A stretch of DNA of 64,000 nucleotides from Pseudomonadota bacterium (GCA_027618655.1 JAQCEL010000002.1:884-64883), one strand, 5' to 3'; shown: positions 49,033 to 61,644, numbered from the stretch's first letter. Translations and numbers: made by a program. Notes: generated from the sequence alone by a model not told the origin.

Positions 49033-49857
49033 ATGGAAAATCATATTCTCAGTATTGGCGGCGGTAACATGGGCAGCGCCATTATTGGCGGCTTGCTAGC
49101 GAAAGATTATCGCCGGGATCGGATCGCCGTCGTTGATCCGAGTGCACAAGTACAGTCGAAAATTTCGGACGATTTCGGCCTTAACGTGCAGCCAAGCTGT
49201 CGCGAGATTCGCGATGGCGAAATTGTCTTATTGGCGGTCAAACCCCAGATCATGCAACCAGTAGTCAAAGAACTAGCGCGATTGATATCGACACAGCGCC
49301 CGCTGTTCGTGTCAATCGCGGCGGGCATTACGACGACTCAGCTACGCCGCTGGCTGAACGCTGATGTTCCTATCGTAAGAGTGATGCCAAACACACCCTC
49401 GTTAGTCGGTCATGGCGCGGCGGCAATGTTTGCGACCGCTAGCGTGCGCGACGACGAGCGTCGTTCGGCTGAAGCGATTATGGGCGCTGTCGGGCTTGCT
49501 GAATGGGTTGAGGATGAGGCACTGCTGGATGTGGTAACTGCACTATCAGGTAGTGGGCCGGCCTACTTTTTTCTATTCATGGAAATCATGGAAGACGTTG
49601 CGGTAGAGCTAGGGCTCGGCCGTTCGATTGCACGAAAACTAACGATCGCGACGGCGCATGGTGCGGCTCTACTTGCGCAGGATTCTACTTTTGCGCCTAG
49701 CGAGCTACGTGAGCAGGTCACCTCACCCGGCGGCACGACGGAGCGGGCGCTCGACATATTAAACTCCGGGAATATTAGAGGCTTGATTCGTGAAGCCCTG
49801 AAAGGCGCGCACTGTCGTTCTAGTGAACTGGCAATTGCAGCTGACGCTGATTCATGA
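49033..49857 (+). CDS. proC: pyrroline-5-carboxylate reductase
   Basis: 274 aa with the GGGNMGSAI Rossmann loop and the SPGGTTE motif. Confidence 0.9.
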   Translation: MENHILSIGGGNMGSAIIGGLLAKDYRRDRIAVVDPSAQVQSKISDDFGLNVQPSCREIRDGEIVLLAVKPQIMQPVVKELARLISTQRPLFVSIAAGITTTQLRRWLNADVPIVRVMPNTPSLVGHGAAAMFATASVRDDERRSAEAIMGAVGLAEWVEDEALLDVVTALSGSGPAYFFLFMEIMEDVAVELGLGRSIARKLTIATAHGAALLAQDSTFAPSELREQVTSPGGTTERALDILNSGNIRGLIREALKGAHCRSSELAIAADADS

Positions 49858-50432
49858 GTGGGGGCAGCTATCTCGCCAACGCGGGCATTTTTCTAGTCGA
49901 TACGGTGTTCGGCATTTACCTCATTGCCGTGATGCTGCGGTTTTTCCTGCAGTGGGTTCGCGCCGATTTTTATAACCCCTTATGCAAGGCAATTGTTACT
50001 GTAACAAACCCGCCGCTGCGCATTTTGCGCCGCTACGTTCCGCCGATCCGGCGAATCGATACCTCTTCGATTCTGCTCATGGTTATTCTGCAGCTAACGA
50101 GTAGTTATTTAGTGATCCTTCTATTAGGCGTCGCGCCAAGTCCATCCGGTTTGCTGGTTGGGACGATCGCGGAGTTATTGAGTAAATCGATTTACTTGTT
50201 CTTGTTTGCTATTTTTATCCAGATCGTCGCAAGCTGGATCGCACCGGGGAGTTATAGCCCAATACTCGACGTCATTGACTCTCTTACGGCGCCGCTGATG
50301 CGCCCGGCGCGCAATCTCCTGCCGCCGATGGGCGGCATCGATTTATCCCCAATGCTCGTCATTGTTGGACTAACGCTAGCACTGATGTTGATCGTTGCGC
50401 CCTTGAGGGATTTCGGTCACGCATTACTTTGA
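49854..50432 (+). CDS. yggT: YggT-family membrane protein
   Basis: 192 aa with a duplicated YGGT-type TM repeat. It overlaps proC by 4 nt. Confidence 0.8.
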   Translation: MSGGSYLANAGIFLVDTVFGIYLIAVMLRFFLQWVRADFYNPLCKAIVTVTNPPLRILRRYVPPIRRIDTSSILLMVILQLTSSYLVILLLGVAPSPSGLLVGTIAELLSKSIYLFLFAIFIQIVASWIAPGSYSPILDVIDSLTAPLMRPARNLLPPMGGIDLSPMLVIVGLTLALMLIVAPLRDFGHALL

Positions 50433-50433
50433 T

Positions 50434-51588
50434 ATGACCATGTCCCCTTCGATACCGACTGATAGCGTCGGTGTGGTATTACCAGAAAATTTGCATTTCG
50501 AGGAGCCGCTGAAACTCGATTGCGGCGTTGTACTCGACGAATACGATCTCATTTTCGAAACCTACGGCACATTGAATGAACAGCGCAGCAATGCGGTTTT
50601 GATTTGTCATGCCTTAAGCGGCGATCACCATGCTGCCGGGTACAGTGCTGCAGACGATGTGAAACCGGGCTGGTGGGACAATTGCATTGGTCCGGGAAAG
50701 CCGATCGATACAAACATTTATTACGTCGTTTCGTCGAATAATTTAGGCGGATGCGCGGGTTCCACGGGCCCGCTGACGATCAATCCTGCGACAGACACGC
50801 CTTATGGACCGGATTTTCCTATCGTTACCGTGCGCGATTGGGTAGAAAGCCAAGCGCGGCTTGCCGACCGCCTCGGTATCGAGCGTTGGGCCGCCGTGAT
50901 GGGCGGCAGCCTCGGTGGAATGCAGGCCTTGCAATGGGCGATTGATTATCCAGATCGCATTGCTCACGCGATCGTTATCGCTGCCACGCCGAAACTATCG
51001 ACGCAGAATATCGCGTTTAATGAAGTTGCGCGCCAAGCAATCCGTTATGACACGAGTTTTCACGACGGCCATTATCGCGATCACGGAGTTGTACCAGAAC
51101 GCGGCCTGATGCTCGCACGCATGCTCGGGCATATTACGTATCTCTCAGACGACGGATTGCACGCAAAGTTTGGCCGTGAGTTACGTGACGGGAAATTTAA
51201 CTTCGGCTATGACGTTGAATTTCAAATTGAGAGTTACCTACGGCACCAAGGTCTGTCTTTCGTCGGGCGCTTCGATGCAAATTCGTACTTGTTGATGACG
51301 AAATCTCTGGACTACTTTGATCCTGCCGCGCGCTTCGATAACGATTTAACGAAAACCCTGAGCAACTGTAGCGCGCAATTCCTGGTCATTTCGTTCACCA
51401 GCGACTGGCGGTTCGCGCCGGCGAAATCACGGGAACTAGTGCGCGCGCTGCTTGACGCAAATAAGGATGTTAGTTACGCGAACATCGATTCTGAGCAGGG
51501 TCACGATTCGTTTCTGCTTGAGATTCCAGCGTATCACGCGGTTCTGCGCAGCTATTTCGACCGAATCCATCGAGAGTCCGGCAAGTGA
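50434..51588 (+). CDS. metX: homoserine O-acyltransferase MetX
   Basis: 384 aa alpha/beta hydrolase with the [12 protein letters not shown] nucleophile elbow. It is followed by metW. Confidence 0.9.
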   Translation: MTMSPSIPTDSVGVVLPENLHFEEPLKLDCGVVLDEYDLIFETYGTLNEQRSNAVLICHALSGDHHAAGYSAADDVKPGWWDNCIGPGKPIDTNIYYVVSSNNLGGCAGSTGPLTINPATDTPYGPDFPIVTVRDWVESQARLADRLGIERWAAVMGGSLGGMQALQWAIDYPDRIAHAIVIAATPKLSTQNIAFNEVARQAIRYDTSFHDGHYRDHGVVPERGLMLARMLGHITYLSDDGLHAKFGRELRDGKFNFGYDVEFQIESYLRHQGLSFVGRFDANSYLLMTKSLDYFDPAARFDNDLTKTLSNCSAQFLVISFTSDWRFAPAKSRELVRALLDANKDVSYANIDSEQGHDSFLLEIPAYHAVLRSYFDRIHRESGK

Positions 51589-52187
51589 ACGATTTACGGC
51601 CTGATCAGACGATCATCGCGGGGTGGATACTGCCCGGGAGTCGCGTTTTGGATCTCGGTTGCGGCGACGGTCGCCTGTTAGCGGCTCTGCAGCGTGATCA
51701 CGGGGCAAGCGGCTATGGTGTGGAAATTGATCCCGACAACATCGTTCATTGCATCGCCAACGGAGTCAACGTTGTGCAGTCCAATCTAGACGATGGCTTG
51801 ACGGATTTCGATGACAATTCATTTGACTACGTCATCATGACGCAAACGATCCAAGCAGTTCGGTATCCGGACCGCCTACTACAGGAGATGTTACGCATCG
51901 GTCGAGAAGGCATTGTCACGTTTCCCAATATGGGCCATTGGAAGTGTCGCGTGCAGATTGCATTCGGCCGTATGCCAATTACGCAACACCTACCGAATAC
52001 CTGGTACAACACGCCAAATATTCATATCTGCACGATTAACGATTTTGAAGATTATTGCCAATCGGGTCGAATTGAAATTTTGCAGCGCACCGCAGTTGAC
52101 GCGCTGCATCGCAGTGGCGTGACGATGCGACTTTTGCCGAATTTATTTGGCGAGATTGCGATGTACCGATTTCGAAGACAACCCTAA
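51585..52187 (+). CDS. metW: methionine biosynthesis protein MetW
   Basis: 200 aa with the [15 protein letters not shown]-like loop. It overlaps metX by 4 nt. Confidence 0.9.
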   Translation: MNDLRPDQTIIAGWILPGSRVLDLGCGDGRLLAALQRDHGASGYGVEIDPDNIVHCIANGVNVVQSNLDDGLTDFDDNSFDYVIMTQTIQAVRYPDRLLQEMLRIGREGIVTFPNMGHWKCRVQIAFGRMPITQHLPNTWYNTPNIHICTINDFEDYCQSGRIEILQRTAVDALHRSGVTMRLLPNLFGEIAMYRFRRQP

Positions 52188-52293
52188 CTGCCCGGATCCG
52201 AAGTCATTGGAGTGCTGGCGGTCATTGAAAATATTTTACCTGTAGGACTCTGCTATATTTAGTGCAACGAAACCGTCGTCTTACAAGCAGGCA

Positions 52294-52749
52294 ATGACTA
52301 TGCGCACAATTATTTTGACGGGGAGCTTGGCGTTAAGCTTGTTGCTCCTATTCGCAACGCAGGCGATGGCCGAACGCTCGGATGAATTCGGCGACTACCT
52401 AGTCCATTACAACGCCCTTACCACCGACCTGATTGAACCAAGCGTGGCCCGGGCCTATGGGATCATTCGTAGTAAGAATCGTGCACTGGTCAACATCGCG
52501 GTACTACGCAGGGTAATGGGTACGGCGGCGCAGCCAGTGCGTGCGTCGATAAAAGTTGAAGCCGTAAACATGAGCTCGCAACTACGCTCGATAGAGATGC
52601 GTGAACTAAGTGACGCAGGAGCGATTTACTACATTGGAGAATTTCCTGTCACCAATGGGGAGAACCTAAACTTTACGTTCGAGGTCACACCGGAAGGTGT
52701 AACAACGACGCATAGTGGATCATTTAAGCAGGAGTTTTACACTGAGTAA
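52294..52749 (+). CDS. DUF4426-like periplasmic protein
   Basis: 151 aa with a signal peptide. It occupies the position after metW that a DUF4426 gene holds in Pseudomonas-type synteny (from memory). Confidence 0.55.
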   Translation: MTMRTIILTGSLALSLLLLFATQAMAERSDEFGDYLVHYNALTTDLIEPSVARAYGIIRSKNRALVNIAVLRRVMGTAAQPVRASIKVEAVNMSSQLRSIEMRELSDAGAIYYIGEFPVTNGENLNFTFEVTPEGVTTTHSGSFKQEFYTE

Positions 52750-52764
52750 TATTTCGGTAACAGG

Positions 52765-53556
52765 CTAAGTGGTAATAAAATCCTGCACGTCCATCTTATA
52801 ATCCATGATGAGTGGCGCGTGATCTGAAAAACGCGCGGCCTTGTAAATTTTTGCTGCCGTAAGCTTTTCCGCTATAGATGGCGTTACGATTTGATAATCG
52901 AGTCGCCATCCGACGTTGTTATCCCACGCTTGGCCCCGATTCGACCACCACGTGTATTGATCGGGCTCTGCGTTGATAACGCGAAACCCATCCACGTATC
53001 CCGCCTCGCCAAATAGCTTGTCCATCCAACTTCTTTCCTCTGGCAAGAATCCTGAATTCTTTTGGTTAGACCGCCAGTTCCTGAGGTCGATTTCTTTGTG
53101 GGCTATATTCCAATCGCCGCAGAGGACGAATTCCTGGCCCGATTTTCGCCGTCGCTTAAGCAACGGCATGAACATATCGAGGAAATCGAACTTAGCTTGT
53201 TGACGGACTTCGCCAGATGATCCCGACGGCAGATAGATTGAAGCAACGCTTAGTTTCCCAAAGTCGAGTTGCAGATAGCGTCCTTCATTGTCGAAAAACT
53301 CGTGACCTAATCCATACGTGACGTTGTCTGGTTCATGTTTTGAAAATACTGCGACGCCACTATATCCAGGTTTCACCGCCTCCATAAAATAAGTGTGCCA
53401 ACCGCGCGGTGATTTTATAGTTGGATCTAATTGTTCGGCCTTAGCCTTAATTTCCTGCAAACAAACGATATCCGCTCGCTGGCGGCTCAGCCATTGATAG
53501 AATCCTTTTTTGTGGGCTGATCGAATACCGTTACAATTTAGCGAAATGATTCTCAT
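52765..53556 (-). CDS. exodeoxyribonuclease III family protein (ExoA/Xth type, at a crc-like locus)
   Basis: 263 aa with NCNG, CLQEIK, GDWNIAH, WRLDY and SDHAPL, so all canonical ExoIII catalytic positions are present. It is divergent from pyrE. Confidence 0.85.
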   Translation of the reverse strand: MRIISLNCNGIRSAHKKGFYQWLSRQRADIVCLQEIKAKAEQLDPTIKSPRGWHTYFMEAVKPGYSGVAVFSKHEPDNVTYGLGHEFFDNEGRYLQLDFGKLSVASIYLPSGSSGEVRQQAKFDFLDMFMPLLKRRRKSGQEFVLCGDWNIAHKEIDLRNWRSNQKNSGFLPEERSWMDKLFGEAGYVDGFRVINAEPDQYTWWSNRGQAWDNNVGWRLDYQIVTPSIAEKLTAAKIYKAARFSDHAPLIMDYKMDVQDFITT

Positions 53557-53715
53557 AAGTCGTATTGATGCATCTGTTTTGCGATTTAATCCGGATTATC
53601 GGCCCCACCTGTCGGCGCTCGGATGGCGACCTCATGCGACCGGTGACAAGTGTCGTAGTATAACGCTGCAACGCAGAGCGCGGGCGAGTAGCAAAGAGGA
53701 TTTAGGACGCTAGTA

Positions 53716-54357
53716 ATGCAGGATTATCAGAAAGAATTTATTACCTTTTCCTTACAGTATGACGTGCTTCGCTTTGGTAGCTTCAAATTGAAGTCAGGCC
53801 GTCAAAGTCCGTATTTTTTCAATACAGGATTGTTTAACTCGGGTTTCGCGCTAGCGCGGCTCGGTGAGTTCTATGCGCGCGCCATCGTCGCAACGGGTGT
53901 GAACTTCGACCTAATCTACGGACCGGCATATAAGGGGATCCCGCTCGGGGCTTCGATTGCAATCGCGTTCGCGACGTTATACGACCGTGATATTCCGTTT
54001 TGCTTTAACCGCAAAGAACCAAAAGATCACGGGGAAGGTGGAAGTACTTTGGGTGCACCGCTCGCCGGCCGCGTTTTGATCGTTGACGATGTCATTTCCG
54101 CGGGTACTTCGATTGCCGAATCGATGGCGATAATAAGTGAAGCGGGGGCGAAAGCGGTCGGTGTGATGATCTCTCTCGACCGGCAAGAACGCGGACAGGG
54201 CGAACTATCCGCCGTTGACGAGGTGAGACAGCGCTACGGAATGCCGGTTAACAGTATTTTGACACTTGTTAACATCCTTGAATTTCTCAGGGAGGCGGAC
54301 GAAATGGACGAAGAAGTGGCCGCAATTTCCGACTACCGAGCACAATTCGGCGTGTAA
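53716..54357 (+). CDS. pyrE: orotate phosphoribosyltransferase
   Basis: 213 aa with [14 protein letters not shown] and the PRPP loop [13 protein letters not shown]. Confidence 0.95.
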   Translation: MQDYQKEFITFSLQYDVLRFGSFKLKSGRQSPYFFNTGLFNSGFALARLGEFYARAIVATGVNFDLIYGPAYKGIPLGASIAIAFATLYDRDIPFCFNRKEPKDHGEGGSTLGAPLAGRVLIVDDVISAGTSIAESMAIISEAGAKAVGVMISLDRQERGQGELSAVDEVRQRYGMPVNSILTLVNILEFLREADEMDEEVAAISDYRAQFGV

Positions 54358-54433
54358 TTCAGAATTCATTCACTCGCAACGTCTATAATCCTATGCGCAC
54401 AATTTACGTTATCTAACCGAACAAGGCCGCAAA

Positions 54434-55081
54434 ATGACTGGATCGAAACTTGACGCCATTAAGCTAAGAAAAATTTGCCTAAGGATCGTTGTCATCGCAC
54501 TCGCGTGCAGTGGCATGCAAACCCAAGCAGCGATCAAGTGTTGGAAGAATCACGAAGGCGTACGCGAATGCGGCAACGCGGTGCCGCCGGAATTCGCTCA
54601 GCAGGGCCATCAGGAAGTCAGCGAAGGCGGTGCGAAAGTATCACATACAAAAAAGGCTAAATCGATTGAAGAACTCGAAGCCGAGCGGCGTGCGAAGCAG
54701 GAAGAGCTAGCCGCACAAGAACGTAGCCGAGAGCAAGCCGTAGTCGATCGCGTTTTGCTTGATACGTTTAGTTCTGAAGACGACATGATATTAACCCGCG
54801 ACGGACAGATTGCTCATCTTGAATCGCAAGTGAAACTTACTGAAGGGCACATCGAGAAGCTGCAGGCAAGCTTGGAGGAGTTAGTCAAAGAAGCCGCAGA
54901 CCACGAGCGGCGGGGCAAGGCGCCACCAGAAAAGCTCGTCAAGCAGATTGGTAGCTTGCGTGATCAGCTAAAAGACAACAAGACATTCATCGAGACGAAA
55001 AAGCTAGAGCAAACGCATATAGCCGAAAAATTCGCTGCCGATATCGAGCGGTTTCGAGAATTAAAGGGCTTGAAAAACTGA
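54434..55081 (+). CDS. DUF4124-like secreted coiled-coil protein
   Basis: Signal peptide, a CWKNHEGVRECGNAVPPEF motif (DUF4124-like), and a long charged helical tail. Confidence 0.6.
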   Translation: MTGSKLDAIKLRKICLRIVVIALACSGMQTQAAIKCWKNHEGVRECGNAVPPEFAQQGHQEVSEGGAKVSHTKKAKSIEELEAERRAKQEELAAQERSREQAVVDRVLLDTFSSEDDMILTRDGQIAHLESQVKLTEGHIEKLQASLEELVKEAADHERRGKAPPEKLVKQIGSLRDQLKDNKTFIETKKLEQTHIAEKFAADIERFRELKGLKN

Positions 55082-55169
55082 TCCGCCTAATTTCAGTCTG
55101 AAGGGATTTTTCGTGGCGCTAGATTGAGTGCGGGTCGGCCTGAGACAGCCGTCTTATAAAATCCGCAGC

Positions 55170-56695
<1,526 letters not shown>

Positions 56696-56774
56696 TTAAG
56701 GCGCCGTGAAATCACTCGAATCAGCTACTCACGTCAGTAGGTGTTTAGTTGAATAAGTGCGTAAAGCAAATTAT

Positions 56775-59285
56775 TTAAAATGGTAGTTCCAAACTGTCAT
56801 CGAGTTTAAGTAACAAGGTCCGGAATTTATTTTGCACTTCGTTAAGTGCAGTTTCGTCGTTACCTTCAAATCTTAGGATGAGACAGGGAGTTGTATTTGA
56901 GGCGCGAATCAGGCCCCATCCGTCGACGAAATCGACTCGTAATCCGTCGATTGTTGTGATTTCGGCCTGACTAAAATTCGCTTCCTCTAGAACTCTCTGC
57001 ATGAAAGCTGCATGCAGTTCTTCAGGCATATTTAAACGCAATTCCGCAGTCGCGACACCGCCTGGCAGCGCCGCGAATATTTCGTCAGGACTTTCATCCG
57101 AATTAACTAATATTTCAAGCAAGCGAGCGGCCGAATACAGCGCGTCGTCGAAACCGTACCATCGTTCTTTAAAGAAAATGTGTCCGCTCATCTCACCACC
57201 AAGCAGCGCCCCAACTTGCTCCATTGTCGTCTTTATCAACGTTCGCCCGGTTGGCGCCATGATGGGTTCGCCACTATTCGCTTTAATATCGTCGGCTAAT
57301 AGTTTTGAGCATTTCACGTCAAAGACGATTTTTGCGCCGGGATTGCGCGACAGCACGTCGCGGGAGAACAAAATCATTTGTTTATCTGGCCAAATGATAT
57401 TTCCCTGGCCGTCGACTACGCCAAGCCGATCGCCGTCTCCGTCGAACGCCAATCCGACATCGGCTTCTTCTTCGAGAACCATGTTGATCAAGTCCTGAAG
57501 ATTTTCTTCCTGACTCGGATCCGGATGATGATTAGGGAAGTTCCCGTCAATGTCGCAATACAATTCGATTACGTCATGACCAATGGCGCGTAGGATATGC
57601 GGCGCGACGATACCCGGGACGCTATTCCCGCAATCGACCACTACTTTAAGTGCGTTACCTAAGGTTACGGGGATCTCTTCACTGATCCGGCGGATGTAGT
57701 CAGGAATTATTTCCGTCGTTTGCATTGTTCCTTCGCCGCTGACGAAATCCCGATCTTCGATGCGTTGGCGGATCGCCTGAATTGCATCACCAGAAAGAGA
57801 CTCACCGTTGAGCACAATTTTTAAGCCGTTGTATTCGGGCGGGTTGTGGCTGCCAGTGATCATCACGCCACTGCTCGTATCGAGATAGTGTGTCGCAAAG
57901 TACAGAACGGGGGTCGGAGTTAGGCCAATATCGAGCACATTACGTCCGGAATCGCGCAGGCCCTCGATGAGAGCGTCGCGTAGCTCCTGACTGGAATTGC
58001 GACCGTCACGCGCTGTAATTACGGTTTGTTGGTCGCGCGACGCAGCCTCGGATCCGAGCGCGCGGCCAATCTCGTAGACGGCTTCTACAGATAATGACTC
58101 CCCAACAATTCCACGAATATCGTAATTGCGGAAAATCCGAGGATCGATCGGTGTTGCCTCAGCAGTCGGCTCCTCACTTACCTCGATGCCAGATAGATCC
58201 AAATCCGGTGCAGTAATATCAAAAATACCCGGTACCGTCATGTCTCCAGGTGGCTTGCTAAAGGTTGTAATGTCGTCGCCTTCGAGCCCCTGGGACATCA
58301 CAGCGTCCGGCGCCGCGGCCGGCACGAGCCCTACTGCACCCGGCAGGAGTTTTTCTAGCCCCGGGTGGCTGCCTTCCATGATCGCTTTGATTGCTCCTTG
58401 GTACGTAATGCCACTAGGAGATCGTGATTTAGTTGCTCGGGTTCGTAGAAAAATAAACCCGAGGATCGCGAGCACTGCGAACGCGAGTAAACCGAGTAGT
58501 GCCGGAATAATCTGCCCGAGCCCGCTAGCGCTGTCGCCTTTACCATCATGCGAATAAGAAACAACCCATTTCGTTCCTTTAATACCGGCGATTGAAGCAG
58601 GAACGGAGCTAGACCCGGCAGATCCCCCTTTTGCGAGGACTAGTGGCGGTGCTTTGGGTACGGATTGGTGCACTTCGATTGCGCCAGGAGCCAAGGAAAT
58701 ATTGCTCAATGCCTGTCGAATGAGTGCCGGGTCGAGGCTTAAGTGTAGAAAACCGACGAGTGGACCCGTCAAAGGAACACGCTGGATCATCACTAGGTGC
58801 TCATTTGGCGTCCCACTCAAGTGGAGCTCAATATCAACGTCGGATTCACTTTGTGCCGCCCAATGCAGCATGTCGACGGACGCAAATGTTAAGGGCGGCG
58901 TGGAATTCGGGTCGATATGTGCGGCGCCTGGTGGCAACATTCGCAAAAGTAGGGCGCCTGGAATTTCGGCTTGTTCTGCCACCGCGACTTGTTCGCGGAC
59001 GGATTTGGCGGCACTAAATGCGGCGACCACAGACGGCTTCTGAGCAAGAGATTTAAGATTAAGACGCTGCGGCTCAAACACGGCGCCGAGTTGTCGTGCA
59101 AGAATTTCTACCTCGCGCTGGTTTGCCTCCAACGACGCTTCTAGATTGGCGTTAGCAACCTTTTTTTGCACACTCGAGATAGCGAGGAATGCGGCCACCA
59201 CCGCAATTATCCCGAGCACAGAGAAAATTATCTTGGGTTTCAGCACGCCAACAGGTAGTTCCGGAAGTGAGGGAAGTTTAATCAT
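56775..59285 (-). CDS. algC: phosphomannomutase/phosphoglucomutase with a ~380-aa two-TM N-terminal extension
   Basis: The C-terminal ~455 aa form a complete PMM/PGM (FRNYDIRG, TGSHNP, DGDGDR, GEMSGH). Residues 1-382 contain two TM helices (about 18-38 and 258-281) flanking a ~220-aa domain. Confidence 0.85.
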   Translation of the reverse strand: MIKLPSLPELPVGVLKPKIIFSVLGIIAVVAAFLAISSVQKKVANANLEASLEANQREVEILARQLGAVFEPQRLNLKSLAQKPSVVAAFSAAKSVREQVAVAEQAEIPGALLLRMLPPGAAHIDPNSTPPLTFASVDMLHWAAQSESDVDIELHLSGTPNEHLVMIQRVPLTGPLVGFLHLSLDPALIRQALSNISLAPGAIEVHQSVPKAPPLVLAKGGSAGSSSVPASIAGIKGTKWVVSYSHDGKGDSASGLGQIIPALLGLLAFAVLAILGFIFLRTRATKSRSPSGITYQGAIKAIMEGSHPGLEKLLPGAVGLVPAAAPDAVMSQGLEGDDITTFSKPPGDMTVPGIFDITAPDLDLSGIEVSEEPTAEATPIDPRIFRNYDIRGIVGESLSVEAVYEIGRALGSEAASRDQQTVITARDGRNSSQELRDALIEGLRDSGRNVLDIGLTPTPVLYFATHYLDTSSGVMITGSHNPPEYNGLKIVLNGESLSGDAIQAIRQRIEDRDFVSGEGTMQTTEIIPDYIRRISEEIPVTLGNALKVVVDCGNSVPGIVAPHILRAIGHDVIELYCDIDGNFPNHHPDPSQEENLQDLINMVLEEEADVGLAFDGDGDRLGVVDGQGNIIWPDKQMILFSRDVLSRNPGAKIVFDVKCSKLLADDIKANSGEPIMAPTGRTLIKTTMEQVGALLGGEMSGHIFFKERWYGFDDALYSAARLLEILVNSDESPDEIFAALPGGVATAELRLNMPEELHAAFMQRVLEEANFSQAEITTIDGLRVDFVDGWGLIRASNTTPCLILRFEGNDETALNEVQNKFRTLLLKLDDSLELPF

Positions 59286-59327
59286 CGCGCTAAACGAAGC
59301 CGGTTACATTTACGGACACAAGTGTAT

Positions 59328-60533
59328 TTAAGATTCTTTTTGTCCGTGAACGCGGGCAATTAGGCCAACCAATTGCCTGGCGATAACCTCTTTTGGAGCT
59401 TTCGCCAGGTGCTGTTGACCGCCTTTCCACAGGACATGTAGTTCGTTATCGCTACTCTCAAAACCCAATCCTTTCACTCCCACCTGATTCGCTGCAATCA
59501 TGTCGAGCGACTTTCTTTCGAGTTTCGATCGCGCGTGTTCCAGAAGGTTTTCTGTTTCGGCGGCAAACCCTACGGCGAATGGCGGCATCGACTGCGCCGT
59601 CACGCTCTTGAGTATATCTCGTGTCGGAGTAAGAGTCAGGCTCAAACTCGTATCGTTTTTTTTGCGTTTTTGCGTCGCTGGCGACTCGATTCGATAATCT
59701 GCGACAGCCGCGCAACTGATAAAGATGTCGATATTTTTAATATTTTCCATAACCGCGTGGAACATTTCGTCGGCGGAAACGACCGCAATCGCGGCTGCGC
59801 CGCTGGGGGCACTTAGTGACACTGGGCCATGGATGAGGATAACTTCTGCGCCGGCTTCCAACGCTGCTTGCGCGAGTGCGAATCCCATCTTTCCAGTACT
59901 ACGGTTAGTTAAGTAGCGAACCGGATCGATGGCCTCATGGGTCGGGCCGGCAGTTACAAGAACTCGTATCCCGGATAACGTTTGGGGTACGAATAAATCT
60001 GCTAGCGCGGCGGCAATTGCGACGGGTTCCGCCATTCGTCCGGGCCCGAACTCGCCGCATGCTTGAGCGCCAGAATCCGGCCCAACGCTCCGCAAGCCGC
60101 GCTTAATTAGCGTTGCGACATTGTCTTTTGTCGCCATGTTTTGCCACATTTGCTGGTTCATGGCCGGCGCCAATAATATCGGCGCGCTGGTCGCTAAACA
60201 GATCGTTGAGGCAAGGTCATTTGCTGCGCCCGCGCGCAGACGGGCAAGGAAATCAGCAGTTGCTGGCGCGACGACAACGCCATCGGCCCACCGAGCAATC
60301 TCAATGTGCCCCATGGCTGCCTCTGCTGCCGGATCCAGCAAATCGGTATGGACAGGTTCGCCCGACAGAGCCTGAAAGCTCAATTGTCCAACGAATCGTT
60401 GTGCTGCCTCGGTCATAACCACGCGCACCGAAGCACCACCGTCGCGCAAACGACGCACGAGTTCCAGCGCCTTATAGGCCGCAATGCCCCCCGACACGAT
60501 AAGCACAATACGCTTGTTTTCAAGATTACTCAT
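59328..60533 (-). CDS. coaBC: bifunctional phosphopantothenoylcysteine decarboxylase / phosphopantothenate-cysteine ligase
   Basis: 401 aa with an N-terminal flavoprotein domain (IVLIVSGGIAAYK, PAMN) and a C-terminal CoaB domain (ITAGPT, FISCAAVADY). Confidence 0.95.
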   Translation of the reverse strand: MSNLENKRIVLIVSGGIAAYKALELVRRLRDGGASVRVVMTEAAQRFVGQLSFQALSGEPVHTDLLDPAAEAAMGHIEIARWADGVVVAPATADFLARLRAGAANDLASTICLATSAPILLAPAMNQQMWQNMATKDNVATLIKRGLRSVGPDSGAQACGEFGPGRMAEPVAIAAALADLFVPQTLSGIRVLVTAGPTHEAIDPVRYLTNRSTGKMGFALAQAALEAGAEVILIHGPVSLSAPSGAAAIAVVSADEMFHAVMENIKNIDIFISCAAVADYRIESPATQKRKKNDTSLSLTLTPTRDILKSVTAQSMPPFAVGFAAETENLLEHARSKLERKSLDMIAANQVGVKGLGFESSDNELHVLWKGGQQHLAKAPKEVIARQLVGLIARVHGQKES

Positions 60534-60765
60534 CGAGTTGCCTATGGCGTACCGAATCTAACGACCCAACAACACCTCATATACTACAAACATCGTATAA
60601 ATAACAGTTTAGGTACGAAAGTTTATATGGATACGAGAAAAATAATCGAGTTTTTCAAGCCGGCCACGTACGACTCGGTAGGCGTAGGCAGTTCGGACCT
60701 AGCCGACTTGTATTCGCCTAGGTCTATAATCACTGTCTCGTTACTCATTGAACAAGGATGTTTAT

Positions 60766-61443
60766 ATGACTATAAAAGATTGGCCACTGGCTGAGCGTCC
60801 GCGCGAGAAACTCCTCAATCGAGGCCTCGACAGTCTATCCGATGCCGAACTTCTAGCGATTGTGTTCGGCAAAGGTGTCGCCGGATGCGACGCCGTGCAA
60901 CTCGCGCGCAAGGTATTATCCGCTACTGGTGGCATATCGACGCTGGTTGGACTGGAACGTCACCGATTTACGGCGTTTGCCGGTCTAGGCGACGCAAAAT
61001 TTGTCGCGTTGCACGCCGGTATCGAAATTGGCCGCCGAGCGCTACGTGAGACCATGCAGCGTAGCTTACCAATTACTGATGTAAGCGCAGCGAAAACGTT
61101 CTTGAGCGCCGAACTTGGAAATCGAACAAGAGAGGCCTTTTGTGCGCTTTTTCTCGACAACCGGCATCGTGTGATTAGATTTGAAATCCTAGCGCTTGGC
61201 ACGCTCGACAGCGCAACAGTGCATCCTCGCGAAGTTGTAAAGCGGGTTCTTGAGCTCAACGCCGCAGCGGTAATATTGGCGCACAACCACCCGTCGGGTA
61301 TCAGTGAACCAAGTTCGGCGGACACCAATTTAACACGCATTCTAAGCGCGGCCCTTAAATTGATTGATGTGCGGGTCCTTGATCACTTAATCATCGCTGG
61401 ACAGGAGATCGTGTCGTTCGCTGATCGCGGTTTGCTCGAGTGA
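60766..61443 (+). CDS. radC: RadC-family JAB-domain protein
   Basis: The ATG at 60766 follows AAGGA. Carries ERPREKLL and the JAMM-like HNHPSG motif. Confidence 0.9.
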   Translation: MTIKDWPLAERPREKLLNRGLDSLSDAELLAIVFGKGVAGCDAVQLARKVLSATGGISTLVGLERHRFTAFAGLGDAKFVALHAGIEIGRRALRETMQRSLPITDVSAAKTFLSAELGNRTREAFCALFLDNRHRVIRFEILALGTLDSATVHPREVVKRVLELNAAAVILAHNHPSGISEPSSADTNLTRILSAALKLIDVRVLDHLIIAGQEIVSFADRGLLE

Positions 61444-61644
61444 ACGCCATCTGAGTGTGTTTCCGGGAATCAAACCGTTCGGTGCGTTTAGCCGGCCATC
61501 TATGCGAGTGATTGATTATGCTCAATTCCCAGGTCGCTCTGAGCCAGTGCGGATCCGGGGATCCACTTTCCAATTACTGCGGCTTGGCCTAGGCTTAGAA
61601 AACAGCTAGAATTGCGCGCCCTACAGGACCAGGTGTGAAAAACG

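Noticed and set aside
59286-59327. Absence of dut between coaBC and algC, where I recall it in Pseudomonas and E. coli gene orders.
   Set aside because: Only 42 nt separate the two genes, so nothing is hidden there. dut is presumably elsewhere in the genome. This is a synteny difference, not a feature.
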